This document shows, piece after piece, positions 16,748-26,462 of a stretch of DNA of 39,448 nt. How positions within the stretch are numbered: position 1 is the first letter of the stretch; each line of letters opens with the position of its first letter. The notes beneath the pieces are model-generated. The model ran no database searches. It had not been told where the DNA came from and was given only the letters and a program-made list of their open reading frames with translations. Both the position numbers and the translations under genes were made by a program. The stretch spans positions 1 to 39,448 of the IMG/VR virus record IMGVR_UViG_3300032129_000025. One strand, given 5' to 3'. The stretch comes from a virus (taxonomy: Duplodnaviria; Caudoviricetes).

Positions 16748-16892
16748 CCGGGAAATGCCCCCTGAATGGGGGAACCGCCATAAAATCCAGCGATGGGTCG
16801 GGGGCCGGCCACGAGCCAGGGGGAGCTTTCCTCCCTCCCCGACCGTCTGACCGGGGGTCGCGCGTGCGCGTGCGCGGGAAGAGGGGTGCGAA
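16748..16892. other. Probable cos/packaging-site region
   Basis: Non-coding GC-rich gap between HNH-side genes and terS with CTCCCTCCCC...GGGGG and GCGCGT repeats; usual location in HNH-assisted cos phages. Confidence 0.45.
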
Positions 16893-17237
16893 ATGGGCAA
16901 TGTTGTTGAGGCCACGGGCGTTTCGGTCGTTGCGGCTGATCATCTTGACCGTGAGGGCAAGGATGCCGGCGCGATCGCGGCTCTGCTGGCTCTGGCTCGC
17001 AAGATAGACGATTACGACACGGTCCTCGAGCATGTGCTGGAGATGATCGCGGAGGACCCGGAGTCCAAGATTCGCCCGCCGGCGTCGGACAACGTCTCTC
17101 TTCCCACCTATTTGAAGTACTGCGAGTCCCTCGGCTTGACGCCTGGCGGCCGTGGCGAGCTTGCGGCCGGCAAGAAGTCGGGGCCCGCTCCCAAGGATGA
17201 GCTTGCTGAGTTCCGAATGGAGCACGGTATCGCCTAG
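16893..17237 (+). CDS. terS: Terminase small subunit
   Basis: LALARKID...YLKYCESLGLTPGGR motif; immediately upstream of terL. Confidence 0.85.
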   Translation: MGNVVEATGVSVVAADHLDREGKDAGAIAALLALARKIDDYDTVLEHVLEMIAEDPESKIRPPASDNVSLPTYLKYCESLGLTPGGRGELAAGKKSGPAPKDELAEFRMEHGIA

Positions 17238-17254
17238 TTTTCCCGGAGGTTGAC

Positions 17255-18886
17255 GTGGCTGCGAAGCTCCTAGGGCGCACCGAACCCCGCATTTTCACGA
17301 AGCCTCTCCGCGAGTTGACCCCGGAAACCTCTCGCGGGTTCGAGGTAATCAAGTTCGCGCTGGTGTTTCTTGGCGTCGACCTCTACCCCTGGCAGAAGTT
17401 CCTACTGATTAGCGCGCTCGAGCTGATGCCCGATGGGCAGTATCGGTTCAAGCGCGTCATCGTTCTCGTAGCCAGGCAGCAAGGTAAGACCACTCTTGCC
17501 TCCGTCCTCGCCGCGTGGTGGCTGTTTGTTGACTCTCAACGTCACCCGGACATGGTGCCGCCGGTGAAGTTCAAGGTTGTGGGTGTCGCCCAGAATCTCG
17601 ACATTGCTCGTGAGCCGTGGGCCGTGGTGAAGATGTGGTGCGATCCTGAGCCGGACACGGACGAGGAGCGCGAGCTCGCGTTGCCGGCCTTGCAGAACGC
17701 AACGGCGAAGGTGTCGGACACGAACGGCAAGGAAGGTATTTACGCCCGTTCGCGTGCTCATTACGAGATCCGTGCTGCTGCGAACGCTCGTGGCAAGCCT
17801 GCCGCGCGTGTGCTCATGGATGAGGCGCGTGAGCAGAAGACGTGGACGGCTTGGAACGCTGTCTCTCAGACGCTGAAGTCGTTCTGGTCCGGTCAGATGT
17901 GGTGCATCTCGAACGCGGGTGATTCGTCTGCGGTCGTGCTACGAACGCAGCGCACCGCCGCTCTTGAGTCGATAGCGGAGTGGGAAGAGTACGTCGAGGC
18001 CGGCGTTATGTCGGCTGAGGATTTCGCGAACTCCCACGATGTCACTCTTGGCTTGTTCGAGTGGTCGGCGCCCGATGGGTGTGCGCTCGATGATGTCGAT
18101 GCGATCTTGCAGGCGAATCCGTCTATCGGCCATGGTGCGATGACTGTTCAGTCGGCGCTGTCCGATATTCGCGGCATGACCGAGGCTGGGTATCGCACTG
18201 AGGTGTTGTGCCAGTGGGTTGTCGCGGATGTGGATTCGTTCATTGACGTGAAGGAGTTCCGTCTTAGGACGGTGCCCGTCGATGAGGTCTCAATTCCGAA
18301 GGGTTCCCGCACGGTGTGGGGCGTCGATGTTTCGCATGACCGCAAGACGACGTGGCTTTCCGCTGCGGTGCTCGCGGAGGACGGAAGGCCGTTCACCACG
18401 GTGCGCCTGTCGCGTGCCGGGATGATGTGGCTGCCCGAGTACCTTGCGGAGCTTGCCGAGGCATCCGGGCACCGGGAGGTCGCTGTGAACGCCAAGGGTT
18501 GCCCGGCGATGGAGTTCATCGAGCCGCTCAAGAAGCTTGGTCTTATCGTTCATGAGTTCGACGGTCCGCAGTATGCGATTGCGACTGGGCGATTCCGTGA
18601 TGCGGTGCGTGACGAGAAGCTTCTCGTCATCGCTCAGCCTGACATTGACCTTGCTGTGCAGGGCGGTGTTGTTGTTCCGTACGCCGACAATATGGCGTGG
18701 TCGCGTCCGAAGTCGCTACCGATCGATATCTCTGGGCTTATCGCGGAGACGATCGCGCTGTACGCCCTCGAGCTGCTCAAGCCCGAGCCGGTCGAAGCTG
18801 CACCACCACCTCCACCACAGGCCGAGATGGTCACCCGCGACGACGTAACACCGTCCGACGCGAATTTAGCTACCGCCCAATTCTGA
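17255..18886 (+). CDS. terL: Terminase large subunit
   Basis: LYPWQ, Walker A VARQQGKT, Walker B VLMDE, ISNAG, ANPS, nuclease GVDVS. Confidence 0.96.
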   Translation: MAAKLLGRTEPRIFTKPLRELTPETSRGFEVIKFALVFLGVDLYPWQKFLLISALELMPDGQYRFKRVIVLVARQQGKTTLASVLAAWWLFVDSQRHPDMVPPVKFKVVGVAQNLDIAREPWAVVKMWCDPEPDTDEERELALPALQNATAKVSDTNGKEGIYARSRAHYEIRAAANARGKPAARVLMDEAREQKTWTAWNAVSQTLKSFWSGQMWCISNAGDSSAVVLRTQRTAALESIAEWEEYVEAGVMSAEDFANSHDVTLGLFEWSAPDGCALDDVDAILQANPSIGHGAMTVQSALSDIRGMTEAGYRTEVLCQWVVADVDSFIDVKEFRLRTVPVDEVSIPKGSRTVWGVDVSHDRKTTWLSAAVLAEDGRPFTTVRLSRAGMMWLPEYLAELAEASGHREVAVNAKGCPAMEFIEPLKKLGLIVHEFDGPQYAIATGRFRDAVRDEKLLVIAQPDIDLAVQGGVVVPYADNMAWSRPKSLPIDISGLIAETIALYALELLKPEPVEAAPPPPPQAEMVTRDDVTPSDANLATAQF

Positions 18887-18899
18887 AAGTAGGTGCCGC

Positions 18900-20306
18900 A
18901 TGGCCGAGCAGGGCTATCAAGTAAGCGGCCTCTCGTCGTGGGCGAGCATGGCCGCAGAGTCCCAGGAGACCAACCCGGACCTCACGTGGCCGCTGTCGGT
19001 CGAGGTCTTCGACAAGATGCGCCGCGAGGATTCGCAGATCGGGTCTGTGCTGCGCGCTGTCACACTCCCGATTCGTGGTGCTGAGTGGATGATCGACCCG
19101 GCCGGCGCCAGCGATGAGGTCGTGGATCTTGTGTCCACTGACCTTGGTCTGCCGGTGAAGGGTCAGGCTCCGGTGAATCCGCTGCGCACGAAGGGACGTT
19201 TCCAGTGGGGTGAGCATCTGCGGCTGGCGTTACTCGAGTTGGTCTACGGCCATTCTTATTTCGAGCAGGTGTACAAGCCGGAAGATGGAAAGCTGCGGCT
19301 CAAGAAACTCGCATGGCGTCCGCCGCGCAGCATCTCGTCTGTGAAGGTTGCCCGTGACGGTGGTCTGATTTCGATTCAGCAGCACGGCGTGAAGGAACCA
19401 ATTACCGTCGACCGGTTGGTGGCGTATGTCAACGATCGTGAGGGCGGCAACTGGATCGGTTCGAGCCTCTTGCGTACGGCCTACAAAAACTGGCTGCTAA
19501 AGGACCGCATGCTGCGTGCTCAGGCGTTGACGGTCGAACGCAACGGCCTCGGCGTGCCCGTATACGAAGGCGCTCCGGTGCCGGACAGCGCGGACGTGGC
19601 CGAGCGTGAGGCGTGGCAACAGTCTGAGAAGGTCGCCGGTCTCGCCCTCGCCAAGGGGTTCCGCGCTGGTGAAGCTGCCGGAGCTTCGATACCGAACGGT
19701 TCGAAGCTCACGCTGATGGGTGTCACTGGCAAACTGCCCGATACTGATCAGCCGATCCGGTACCACGATGAGCAGATCGCTCGCGCGGTGCTGGCTCACT
19801 TCCTGAACCTTGGTACCGAGACCGGGTCGTGGGCGCTCGGATCGACGTTCGCTGACTTCTTCACCAGTTCACTCAACGCGGTTGCAGAGCATATTCGAGA
19901 CACCACCCAGGCGCACGTTGTCGAGGATCTGGTCGATTGGAACTGGGGCGAGACCGAACCGGCACCACGGCTGGTGTTCAAGCCCATCGGTTCAGGCGGG
20001 TCGCTCACTGCGGAAGCACTCAAGGGCCTCATCGACGCGGGTGTGATTCAGCCCGACGAGACGCTCGAAGCATTCATGCGGGCGGCGTACAGCCTGCCTG
20101 TAAAGGACGCCACCGGTCCCGCCGCCGTTTCGGATGGGTCAATGACCGATACGGATTCCGCAAGGTTCGCCGCCGAGGTAATTCAGAAGGTGTACCTCGG
20201 TGTCGGAACCGTGGTCACAAAGTCGGAGGCGCGCGATCTCGTGCGTCGCTCCGGGGCTGAACTCGACGCGGTGACCAACAACGACAAGCCTGAGGAGGCG
20301 GCATGA
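18900..20306 (+). CDS. Portal protein
   Basis: Follows terL; DUF935/Mu gp29-like features (IRYHDEQIARAVLA, LVDWNW...PRL). Confidence 0.9.
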   Translation: MAEQGYQVSGLSSWASMAAESQETNPDLTWPLSVEVFDKMRREDSQIGSVLRAVTLPIRGAEWMIDPAGASDEVVDLVSTDLGLPVKGQAPVNPLRTKGRFQWGEHLRLALLELVYGHSYFEQVYKPEDGKLRLKKLAWRPPRSISSVKVARDGGLISIQQHGVKEPITVDRLVAYVNDREGGNWIGSSLLRTAYKNWLLKDRMLRAQALTVERNGLGVPVYEGAPVPDSADVAEREAWQQSEKVAGLALAKGFRAGEAAGASIPNGSKLTLMGVTGKLPDTDQPIRYHDEQIARAVLAHFLNLGTETGSWALGSTFADFFTSSLNAVAEHIRDTTQAHVVEDLVDWNWGETEPAPRLVFKPIGSGGSLTAEALKGLIDAGVIQPDETLEAFMRAAYSLPVKDATGPAAVSDGSMTDTDSARFAAEVIQKVYLGVGTVVTKSEARDLVRRSGAELDAVTNNDKPEEAA

Positions 20307-21550
20307 CTAGCACAGTAAAACACAACACCCGGTATTGGGGTGACACTGTCCTGCCGAAGTCGAAGGCAGAGTTCTTCAACGCGATTACCACGCCCTCATC
20401 GACCGGCGATGGGACCGTGGCGACGATACGGATGTATGGGCCGATCGATTCCTACGGCGGCTTCTGGGGCATCTCCACGAAGGACATGGGCATCGTGCTC
20501 GACGCTCTCCCTGATTCGGTGACGCAGATCGTCTTGCGGATCAACAGCCCCGGCGGCGAAGTGTTCGAAGCGATGTCGATCCTCAATATGCTGCGCGCCC
20601 ACAAAGCGAGTGTGACCGCGGTGGTCGACGGGCTGGCCGCTTCCGCATCATCGTTCGTGGCTGCGGGGTGCGGTGAAACAGTTATGTCGCCCGGCTCTCA
20701 GATGATGATCCACTCCCCGATGTCGTTCTCCTATGGCAATGCCGGGGAGTTTCGAAAGACCGCCGACGTGCTCGACAGCGTGGAAGCATCCATGGTCGAG
20801 ATCTACACCGAGAAGGCGGGCGACAAAGACTGGGCGGCTCTACTTTCAGACGAGACGTGGATGACCGCAACAGCATCCGTCGAGCTTGGTCTCGCCGATC
20901 GCATCGCTGTCATTCCCGACGCCGGCGAGACAGAGACGCTCGGCGACGACGTCCTGATCCTGACCGTCCCTGCCGACGAAGACCCACTTGCACTGGCCCG
21001 AGTCACTCGGGTCCCCGACCGGGCAGCGGCCCGGTCCCACAATCTCCCGAGCTCGTCCGAGCTGGGACAACCCAACCGAAAGGAACCGCTCGACATGAGT
21101 GACATTCTCAAGGCTGGCCTCCGTGAGCGGCTCGGCGTAACCGATGCCGCTATCTCTGACGAGCAGCTCCTCGCTGCTGTTGATGAGGTACTCGCGGAAC
21201 AGGTCACCGACACCGCCCCCGCCGTCCCGGCTGGCACGGTACTGATCGACTCCACTGTGCTCACCGACCTGCAGGCATCCGCTGCGTTGGGTCGCAAGGC
21301 AAGCGAAGCGCAGGACAACAGCCGACGCGAGGCCATCGTGGACAGTGCTGTGCAGGACGGGCGTATCGCGCCGGCCTCGCGCGATACCTGGATCGCATCG
21401 CTCAACGCCAACGAGGAGGGCACCACTGCTCTCATCGCTTCGCTCGCGAAGAACCTGGTGCCGGTCGCCGAGATCGGTACCTCTGACGAGCCGTCCGAAG
21501 CTGACAGCCTCTACGCACGCGCGTGGGACAACGAAACGAAAGGGGCCTAA
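20303..21550 (+). CDS. ClpP-type capsid maturation protease fused to scaffolding domain
   Basis: LRINSPGG, VDGLAASASS, MMIH, ETWMTA...GLAD; helical C-terminal part. Confidence 0.92.
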   Translation: MTSTVKHNTRYWGDTVLPKSKAEFFNAITTPSSTGDGTVATIRMYGPIDSYGGFWGISTKDMGIVLDALPDSVTQIVLRINSPGGEVFEAMSILNMLRAHKASVTAVVDGLAASASSFVAAGCGETVMSPGSQMMIHSPMSFSYGNAGEFRKTADVLDSVEASMVEIYTEKAGDKDWAALLSDETWMTATASVELGLADRIAVIPDAGETETLGDDVLILTVPADEDPLALARVTRVPDRAAARSHNLPSSSELGQPNRKEPLDMSDILKAGLRERLGVTDAAISDEQLLAAVDEVLAEQVTDTAPAVPAGTVLIDSTVLTDLQASAALGRKASEAQDNSRREAIVDSAVQDGRIAPASRDTWIASLNANEEGTTALIASLAKNLVPVAEIGTSDEPSEADSLYARAWDNETKGA

Positions 21551-21552
21551 TC

Positions 21553-21918
21553 ATGGCCGACTACCTGCCTAAGTTTAATAGCGGCAAGCCGTTCACTCTG
21601 GCCTCTTCGGCAGACGTGATCGGGGGCCGCGTCCTCGTCGCCTCCGGTGCTGGGACCGTCGCCGCGTCCGGGGCTGACGCTGCAAACGTCGTCGGCGTCG
21701 CGGCCTTCGACGCTCTCACCGGTGAGCCGGTGACGATCTTCCCGCGATCGGGTGGCGTGCAGAAGCTCGTCGCCTCCGCGGCCATCGCTGCCGGTGCTCT
21801 CGTGATCTCGGCTGCGGCTGGGAAGATCGCGACCGTTGGTACCGGAGTCAACCCAATCGGCATCGCTCTCACCGCTGCCACCGCCGACCTGGACGTCGTT
21901 GACGTCCTGTTCATCTAA
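21553..21918 (+). CDS. Capsid decoration/cement protein
   Basis: Small Ala/Gly/Val-rich protein between protease and capsid (VGVAAFDA, AAIAAG, IGIAL). Confidence 0.75.
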   Translation: MADYLPKFNSGKPFTLASSADVIGGRVLVASGAGTVAASGADAANVVGVAAFDALTGEPVTIFPRSGGVQKLVASAAIAAGALVISAAAGKIATVGTGVNPIGIALTAATADLDVVDVLFI

Positions 21919-21932
21919 GGAGCAAGAAAGAC

Positions 21933-22847
21933 ATGACGTCTTACACTTATCCGGTAGCGCGGCCCTCGGGCACGCTTACCACAGCAGAGATTCACCTTCT
22001 GCTGCGCAACCCTCAGTTGATCGCACGTCGCGTGGATACTCTCACCGACCAGCGTTTCATCGCGGACTACCTGCTCGGGGGTCGTTACTCCGCTGAGGGT
22101 GGCGGTATCTTCTACGAGACCGGCGAGCAGATTTTCCCCGCCGACAGCTCAGAGTCGGTCGCCCCCGGTGCCGAGTACCCGAAGACGGTTCTCACCGAGG
22201 GTGAACTTGCTTCGGCCAAGACCGACAAGCGCGGTCTTGAGACGGACATCACCGACGAGCGCATCAAGCGTGGCGCGCAGGGTGCCGTCGACCGTGCGCT
22301 GAGCAAGATCGTCAACGGCGTCATCCGCGATGTTGACAGCATCGCCATGGCCGTCGTCGCATCAAAGGTCACCGACACGTATGCCTCTGGCGCGTGGACT
22401 TCGATCGCGAACGTGGTCAACGCGCTTGCTGCTGCGAAGGCGAACCGTGAGGATCTGGCCCTGGGCCTCGACCTCGACACGGTCGCGCTCAGCGGTGCAC
22501 AGTGGGCGAAGGTCATGGGCCTGTTCGCTTCTGCTGGTGTTCTGCCTCGCGAGGATGGGAACCCGATCGTCAACGGTCAGTTCCCGACGAACCTGCTCGG
22601 CTACACGTGGGTTACCTCGCCGCATATCGTCGGCACCAACCCGCTGCTGATCGACCGTGAGCAGCTCGGCGGCATGGCTGACGAGGATCTCGGATCGCCG
22701 GACTACACGCGTTCCGGTGACTTCAACGTGGAGACCTACTCGAAGCGCAATGACACGGACAGCTACACCGTTCGTGCCCGCCGCGTCGTGGTCCCCGTGG
22801 TCATCGAGCCGCGCGCTGGTCTCGTCATCAGCGGAACGACTCTCTGA
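21933..22847 (+). CDS. Major capsid protein (HK97 fold)
   Basis: VAPGAEYP, KRGLETDITDE, C-terminal VVIEPRA; synteny; AAGGAG RBS. Confidence 0.9.
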   Translation: MTSYTYPVARPSGTLTTAEIHLLLRNPQLIARRVDTLTDQRFIADYLLGGRYSAEGGGIFYETGEQIFPADSSESVAPGAEYPKTVLTEGELASAKTDKRGLETDITDERIKRGAQGAVDRALSKIVNGVIRDVDSIAMAVVASKVTDTYASGAWTSIANVVNALAAAKANREDLALGLDLDTVALSGAQWAKVMGLFASAGVLPREDGNPIVNGQFPTNLLGYTWVTSPHIVGTNPLLIDREQLGGMADEDLGSPDYTRSGDFNVETYSKRNDTDSYTVRARRVVVPVVIEPRAGLVISGTTL

Positions 22848-23185
22848 TGGCTGAGAAGCAGTACACCGTCACCGGTGCGGCCGTGGTACTCCCTATCGAA
22901 GGAGGCAGCGAGCGGTACCTGTACCGCGGCGCACCGATCGGCAGCGGGTACACGGCGGACGGCATCAAGCACGCGCTCGCGCTCGGGCTCATCGCTGTCG
23001 TCAAGGCACCATCATCCGCCGAGAAGGCTGCTGCTGAGAAGGCTGCTGCCGACCAAGCTGTTGCCGACCAGGCTGCTGCAGAGAAGGCTGCTGCCGACCA
23101 AGCTGTTGCCGACCAGGCTGCTGCAGAGAAGGCTGCTGCCGACCAGGCCGTTGCCGACCAGGCTGCTGCCAGAACCAAGAAGTAA
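22847..23185 (+). CDS. Hypothetical virion-associated protein with Ala-rich repeats
   Basis: TGATG coupling to capsid; (EKAAADQAVADQAAA)x3. Confidence 0.75.
   Translation: MAEKQYTVTGAAVVLPIEGGSERYLYRGAPIGSGYTADGIKHALALGLIAVVKAPSSAEKAAAEKAAADQAVADQAAAEKAAADQAVADQAAAEKAAADQAVADQAAARTKK
23021..23170 (+). repeat. In-frame tandem repeat, 45-bp unit x3 built from 15-bp subunits
   Basis: gagaaggctgctgccgaccaagctgttgccgaccaggctgctgca repeated. Confidence 0.9.
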
Positions 23186-23203
23186 CAAGAAGGGGGTGGT
23201 GGA

Positions 23204-23560
23204 GTGATCGCGCTAAACGAAATCAGCAGCGACGACAGTCTCGCGCGGCGTGTGCTCGTGCGTGCCCGCTCTATCGCCCCCTGCCTCGACACTCTGGAGG
23301 GTGAGCCGCGTCTCGACGCGATCGCTATCCTGACGGGTGTCGTTGCAGAGATTCCCGCCGCGGGCTCACGTCGGGTGCGGTCCCGTTCTCGGAACGGCAC
23401 ATCAGTGAGCTACACCGACGTCGGGGCGGCGTTCACTAGCGACGACATCCTTGGACTGCGCGCGCTGTGCAGTATTCAGCCTGTCGGGCTGCCGATCGGG
23501 AGCTTCCCGATTGAGCAGCCCTTCAGCGGCGTCTGGCCGGAAGAGGTGGCGTCCTCGTGA
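23204..23560 (+). CDS. Head-to-tail adaptor
   Basis: ARSIAPCL motif; synteny. Confidence 0.7.
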   Translation: MIALNEISSDDSLARRVLVRARSIAPCLDTLEGEPRLDAIAILTGVVAEIPAAGSRRVRSRSRNGTSVSYTDVGAAFTSDDILGLRALCSIQPVGLPIGSFPIEQPFSGVWPEEVASS

Positions 23561-23886
23561 CCTGGGGCGGGTTTTTCCTGCCGCACACGGTCTCGGTGCG
23601 TGCTCTCACATCTTCGGGCGGCATGGGCAGCACGTATGCTGCCGCGGTCCCGTTCGCGGCTGAGGTGCGCGACGAGCAGCGTCTCGTGCTCAACTCCGCC
23701 GGGGCTGAGGTCGTCTCGTCGTCGCAGGTCACGGTACCGCTTGATCCTATGGTTCCCCTCGGCTCGCTCGTCACCGTGTGGCCTGGCACCAGTCGGGAGC
23801 GTGAGGCGGAAGTACTCGCGGTCAGCGCCAACGACAACAGCGACGCCGCTGACCTTGATTCGTTCCTGGTGCTGTCGCTTATCTGA
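23557..23886 (+). CDS. Head-to-tail stopper
   Basis: PHTVSVR...GGMG...EVVSSSQV; synteny. Confidence 0.7.
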   Translation: MTWGGFFLPHTVSVRALTSSGGMGSTYAAAVPFAAEVRDEQRLVLNSAGAEVVSSSQVTVPLDPMVPLGSLVTVWPGTSREREAEVLAVSANDNSDAADLDSFLVLSLI

Positions 23887-24450
23887 TTATTTCCAGTTCG
23901 AGTCCAACGGCCTGTTCGTCGTGTCCCAGAGGAACAACTCGTAATCGGTCTGAATCACCCTGAGATTATCGTCATGCTTTCCCGAGTCACCATCGGGAAC
24001 GTAGGGGCTGATCATCAGCAGCGTCACTTGCTCGTGCGTGGGCACGGCGTATATCGCCTTCGCGATTCTGTTACCCACGGCGACTAGCTCGTCGCGCATC
24101 AGGGGATCACTGCAAACACGAACGACGACCTCGAACGTTCCAGGGTCATCGGTCGAAGTAATCACCTGGACCTCAATCTTTAGCGTGACGTTTTCTGGCA
24201 GCTCTGCGTTCTGTGCCGCCGTAATAATTTCTTCAGCTCCAGCCGGAGGAGTCAATAGTGGTTCGTCCGGGAAGTAGCTTGCGCACGGCTCGCCTGCAGG
24301 CTCCTCCGTTGGCTCGGGTGTGACCTCGCTGGAACGCGCGGGATCTGGCGCACTCGGTCCGCCTGACTGTGGCCTTTCCCCCTCGGCAGTTGAACAGGCT
24401 GACAGAGACAGGGCACCCAGAAGCGCCGCAACAAGAAGAAGTTTGCGCAT
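23887..24450 (-). CDS. Lipoprotein (moron), candidate superinfection exclusion
   Basis: MRKLLLVAALLGALSLSA-C lipobox, Pro/Glu linker; antisense inside the head-tail operon. Confidence 0.8.
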   Translation of the reverse strand: MRKLLLVAALLGALSLSACSTAEGERPQSGGPSAPDPARSSEVTPEPTEEPAGEPCASYFPDEPLLTPPAGAEEIITAAQNAELPENVTLKIEVQVITSTDDPGTFEVVVRVCSDPLMRDELVAVGNRIAKAIYAVPTHEQVTLLMISPYVPDGDSGKHDDNLRVIQTDYELFLWDTTNRPLDSNWK

Positions 24451-24458
24451 GTCCACAC

Positions 24459-24487
24459 ACGCTACCGGAAGGAAACCCCCATGCAAA
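24459..24487 (-). promoter_or_regulatory. Leaderless promoter for the lipoprotein
   Basis: TTTGCA-N17-TAGCGT, then 8 nt to ATG; no SD sequence. Confidence 0.5.
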
Positions 24488-24798
24488 TGAATGTGCCGAT
24501 CCTCTCCACCCTTGAGAAGGCAGCTCAGGTCGGTTTACGGGCGGCTGGTCGTGCGGTGTTGAAGCGTGCACGAAAGCTGAGCCCGACCGACTCGGGCGAA
24601 TCGGATAAGTCCGGGTTTGTCAGGATAGACGACCTCACCTTGCAGGTTGGGTTCACGTCCTACATATCGCGGCTGCAGCACGAGAACCTCGACTGGCAGC
24701 ACGAGAACGGCGAGATGGCGAAGTTCCTCGAGATCGGGGCCGACGAGATTGATATCGGTCGTATCGTCGCGGAGAAGGTGCGGGCATCCCTTGGATGA
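24481..24798 (+). CDS. HK97 gp10-like tail-completion/neck protein
   Basis: LSPTDSG...Y...QHENLDWQH...AKFLE. Confidence 0.75.
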   Translation: MQMNVPILSTLEKAAQVGLRAAGRAVLKRARKLSPTDSGESDKSGFVRIDDLTLQVGFTSYISRLQHENLDWQHENGEMAKFLEIGADEIDIGRIVAEKVRASLG

Positions 24799-25204
24799 CG
24801 TCGCCCTCACGAAGCTGATCTGCACCGAGCTCGGCACCATAGCCGGGTGGGCGTGGCACGAGAACGGCCCGGAGTACACGGCCGACGAGGTCGGGATCTT
24901 CTACGGCGCGATTGGCCCACTGCCCGACCGGGCGGTCGGTGTCCGTGTGTACGGCACCAACGACGAGCGCCATCTCGGATGGCGGCGCGTGCAGCTTCGG
25001 CTGCGTGGTGATCCTGGCCGACCCGATGGTGCCGACGAACTCGCGGGCATCGCATTCGAGGTCTTACAGGGATTCTCCCGCAGGGGAGGGATTAGCGGCA
25101 TCAGTCGTCAGTCCATGTCACCTGCGGGCACCGACGACAACCGGCGAGAAGAACGCACCGAGAACTATTTGGTCTTGCTGGATAACCCCGAAGCACTGAC
25201 CTAA
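24791..25204 (+). CDS. Tail terminator
   Basis: VQLRLRG...GTDDNRREERTENY; precedes major tail; TTG start. Confidence 0.75.
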   Translation: MDDVALTKLICTELGTIAGWAWHENGPEYTADEVGIFYGAIGPLPDRAVGVRVYGTNDERHLGWRRVQLRLRGDPGRPDGADELAGIAFEVLQGFSRRGGISGISRQSMSPAGTDDNRREERTENYLVLLDNPEALT

Positions 25205-25253
25205 CCCCCCTCACCTTGAGGATCAACTCACAACCCAATTTGGAGGCTCTTTC

Positions 25254-26027
25254 ATGAGCAATGCAGTTACCCTTCCCGCTGGCTCGACGCTCGGTAAGAG
25301 CTTTGAGTACGGCATCGATGTCAACCTCGGCACGTTCGCCGCGCCTGTCTGGCAGCCCGTCCGTCGGATCAGCGGTTTCCAGCCGTCGCCGACACCGACC
25401 ACTGTCGATGCTCAGAGCTACGACGACCTGGGCGCCGCGAACGCGGACGTGACCGGTTGGTCGATCGCTCACGCGTTTAACGTTCAGGTGAACCGGTCGA
25501 CCGCGACTGGCTTGTACCTGCCCGAGATTGAGGCGATCCTCGCGCGCACGAAGCCGACCGCTAAGGGCGAGTCGGCCGTACTTGACGTCCGCTGGTATCA
25601 CAAGCCAGAGTCGGGCACACCGAACCCGAACGATGCGGGCCGCGGGTTCATGACGGTCTCCTACTCGCGCCAGAACTCTGGCCCGAACGGTGAGATCGAA
25701 ATACTGTCGGTGTCCCTCACAGGGAAGGGCACGTACGACGCGATTACCAACCCGTTCGCTGGGTGGGGTGCAGCTGCCCCGACCATCACGTCGATCACCC
25801 CGGCTGGCAAGTCGATCGGTGACCAGGTCACCATCACTGGTACCGGGTTCATCGGCACCACCGCGCTCAAGTTCGATGCGATCATCCTGGACGTCGACAC
25901 GTACACAGTGGTGGGCGATTCGACAATCGTCGCGACGATCCCGCCGACATCTGCCGGCGTCGAGCCCGTCACCGGCACCAACGCGACGGGTATCTCCGCC
26001 GCGGTCAACTACACCGTGGTGGCGTAA
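25254..26027 (+). CDS. Major tail protein with C-terminal IPT/TIG Ig-like domain
   Basis: GGAGG RBS; tube-like N-terminus; APTITSITP...VTITGTGF...DSTIVATIP. Confidence 0.88.
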   Translation: MSNAVTLPAGSTLGKSFEYGIDVNLGTFAAPVWQPVRRISGFQPSPTPTTVDAQSYDDLGAANADVTGWSIAHAFNVQVNRSTATGLYLPEIEAILARTKPTAKGESAVLDVRWYHKPESGTPNPNDAGRGFMTVSYSRQNSGPNGEIEILSVSLTGKGTYDAITNPFAGWGAAAPTITSITPAGKSIGDQVTITGTGFIGTTALKFDAIILDVDTYTVVGDSTIVATIPPTSAGVEPVTGTNATGISAAVNYTVVA

Positions 26028-26030
26028 CCC

Positions 26031-26462
26031 GTGGGTGCTATCGACTTCGGCGAGTGGGTGGCGCCCGACCTTAAGCTCGAGCTGGGGGGGCGCACTTATA
26101 CGGTGCGTCCTCCCACGGTCGAGGCCGCGAAGATGATCCTCGCGGCGGCGGTGCGTGGCGAGGTGAATCTGGGTCTTGTCACAGGCGAGATCCCCGAAGA
26201 GGTGCAGGCGATGCTTGACAGTATCGGTGATGAGCACCCCGCTTTGGGCGATGCGCACGCTGCGATGGTTGCTGACAAGGTACCTGCCGCGACCATTGAC
26301 CGGGTGGCCTACTACGCGGTGTTCTACTGGGCGCGCGGGCGTGAGTATGCCGACACTCTCGCGAAGCTGCTGTGGCTGCCCCGCGACCTGACCCCTGAGG
26401 GGTCGGGTGGTGCTCGCCCAAAAGGCTTGTCACGGCGGAAGATTGGGCCGAGTACGGGATAG
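26031..26462 (+). CDS. Tail assembly chaperone (G)
   Basis: Between major tail and tape measure; slippery site near the 3' end. Confidence 0.85.
   Translation: MGAIDFGEWVAPDLKLELGGRTYTVRPPTVEAAKMILAAAVRGEVNLGLVTGEIPEEVQAMLDSIGDEHPALGDAHAAMVADKVPAATIDRVAYYAVFYWARGREYADTLAKLLWLPRDLTPEGSGGARPKGLSRRKIGPSTG

Noticed and set aside
16036-17352. 438-aa minus-strand ORF and other long antisense ORFs (12873-13784, 25101-26258, 1967-2728)
   Set aside because: Shadow frames of well-supported + strand genes in GC-rich DNA; no motifs or RBS.
23021-23170. CRISPR-like repeat
   Set aside because: Tandem coding repeat without unique spacers.
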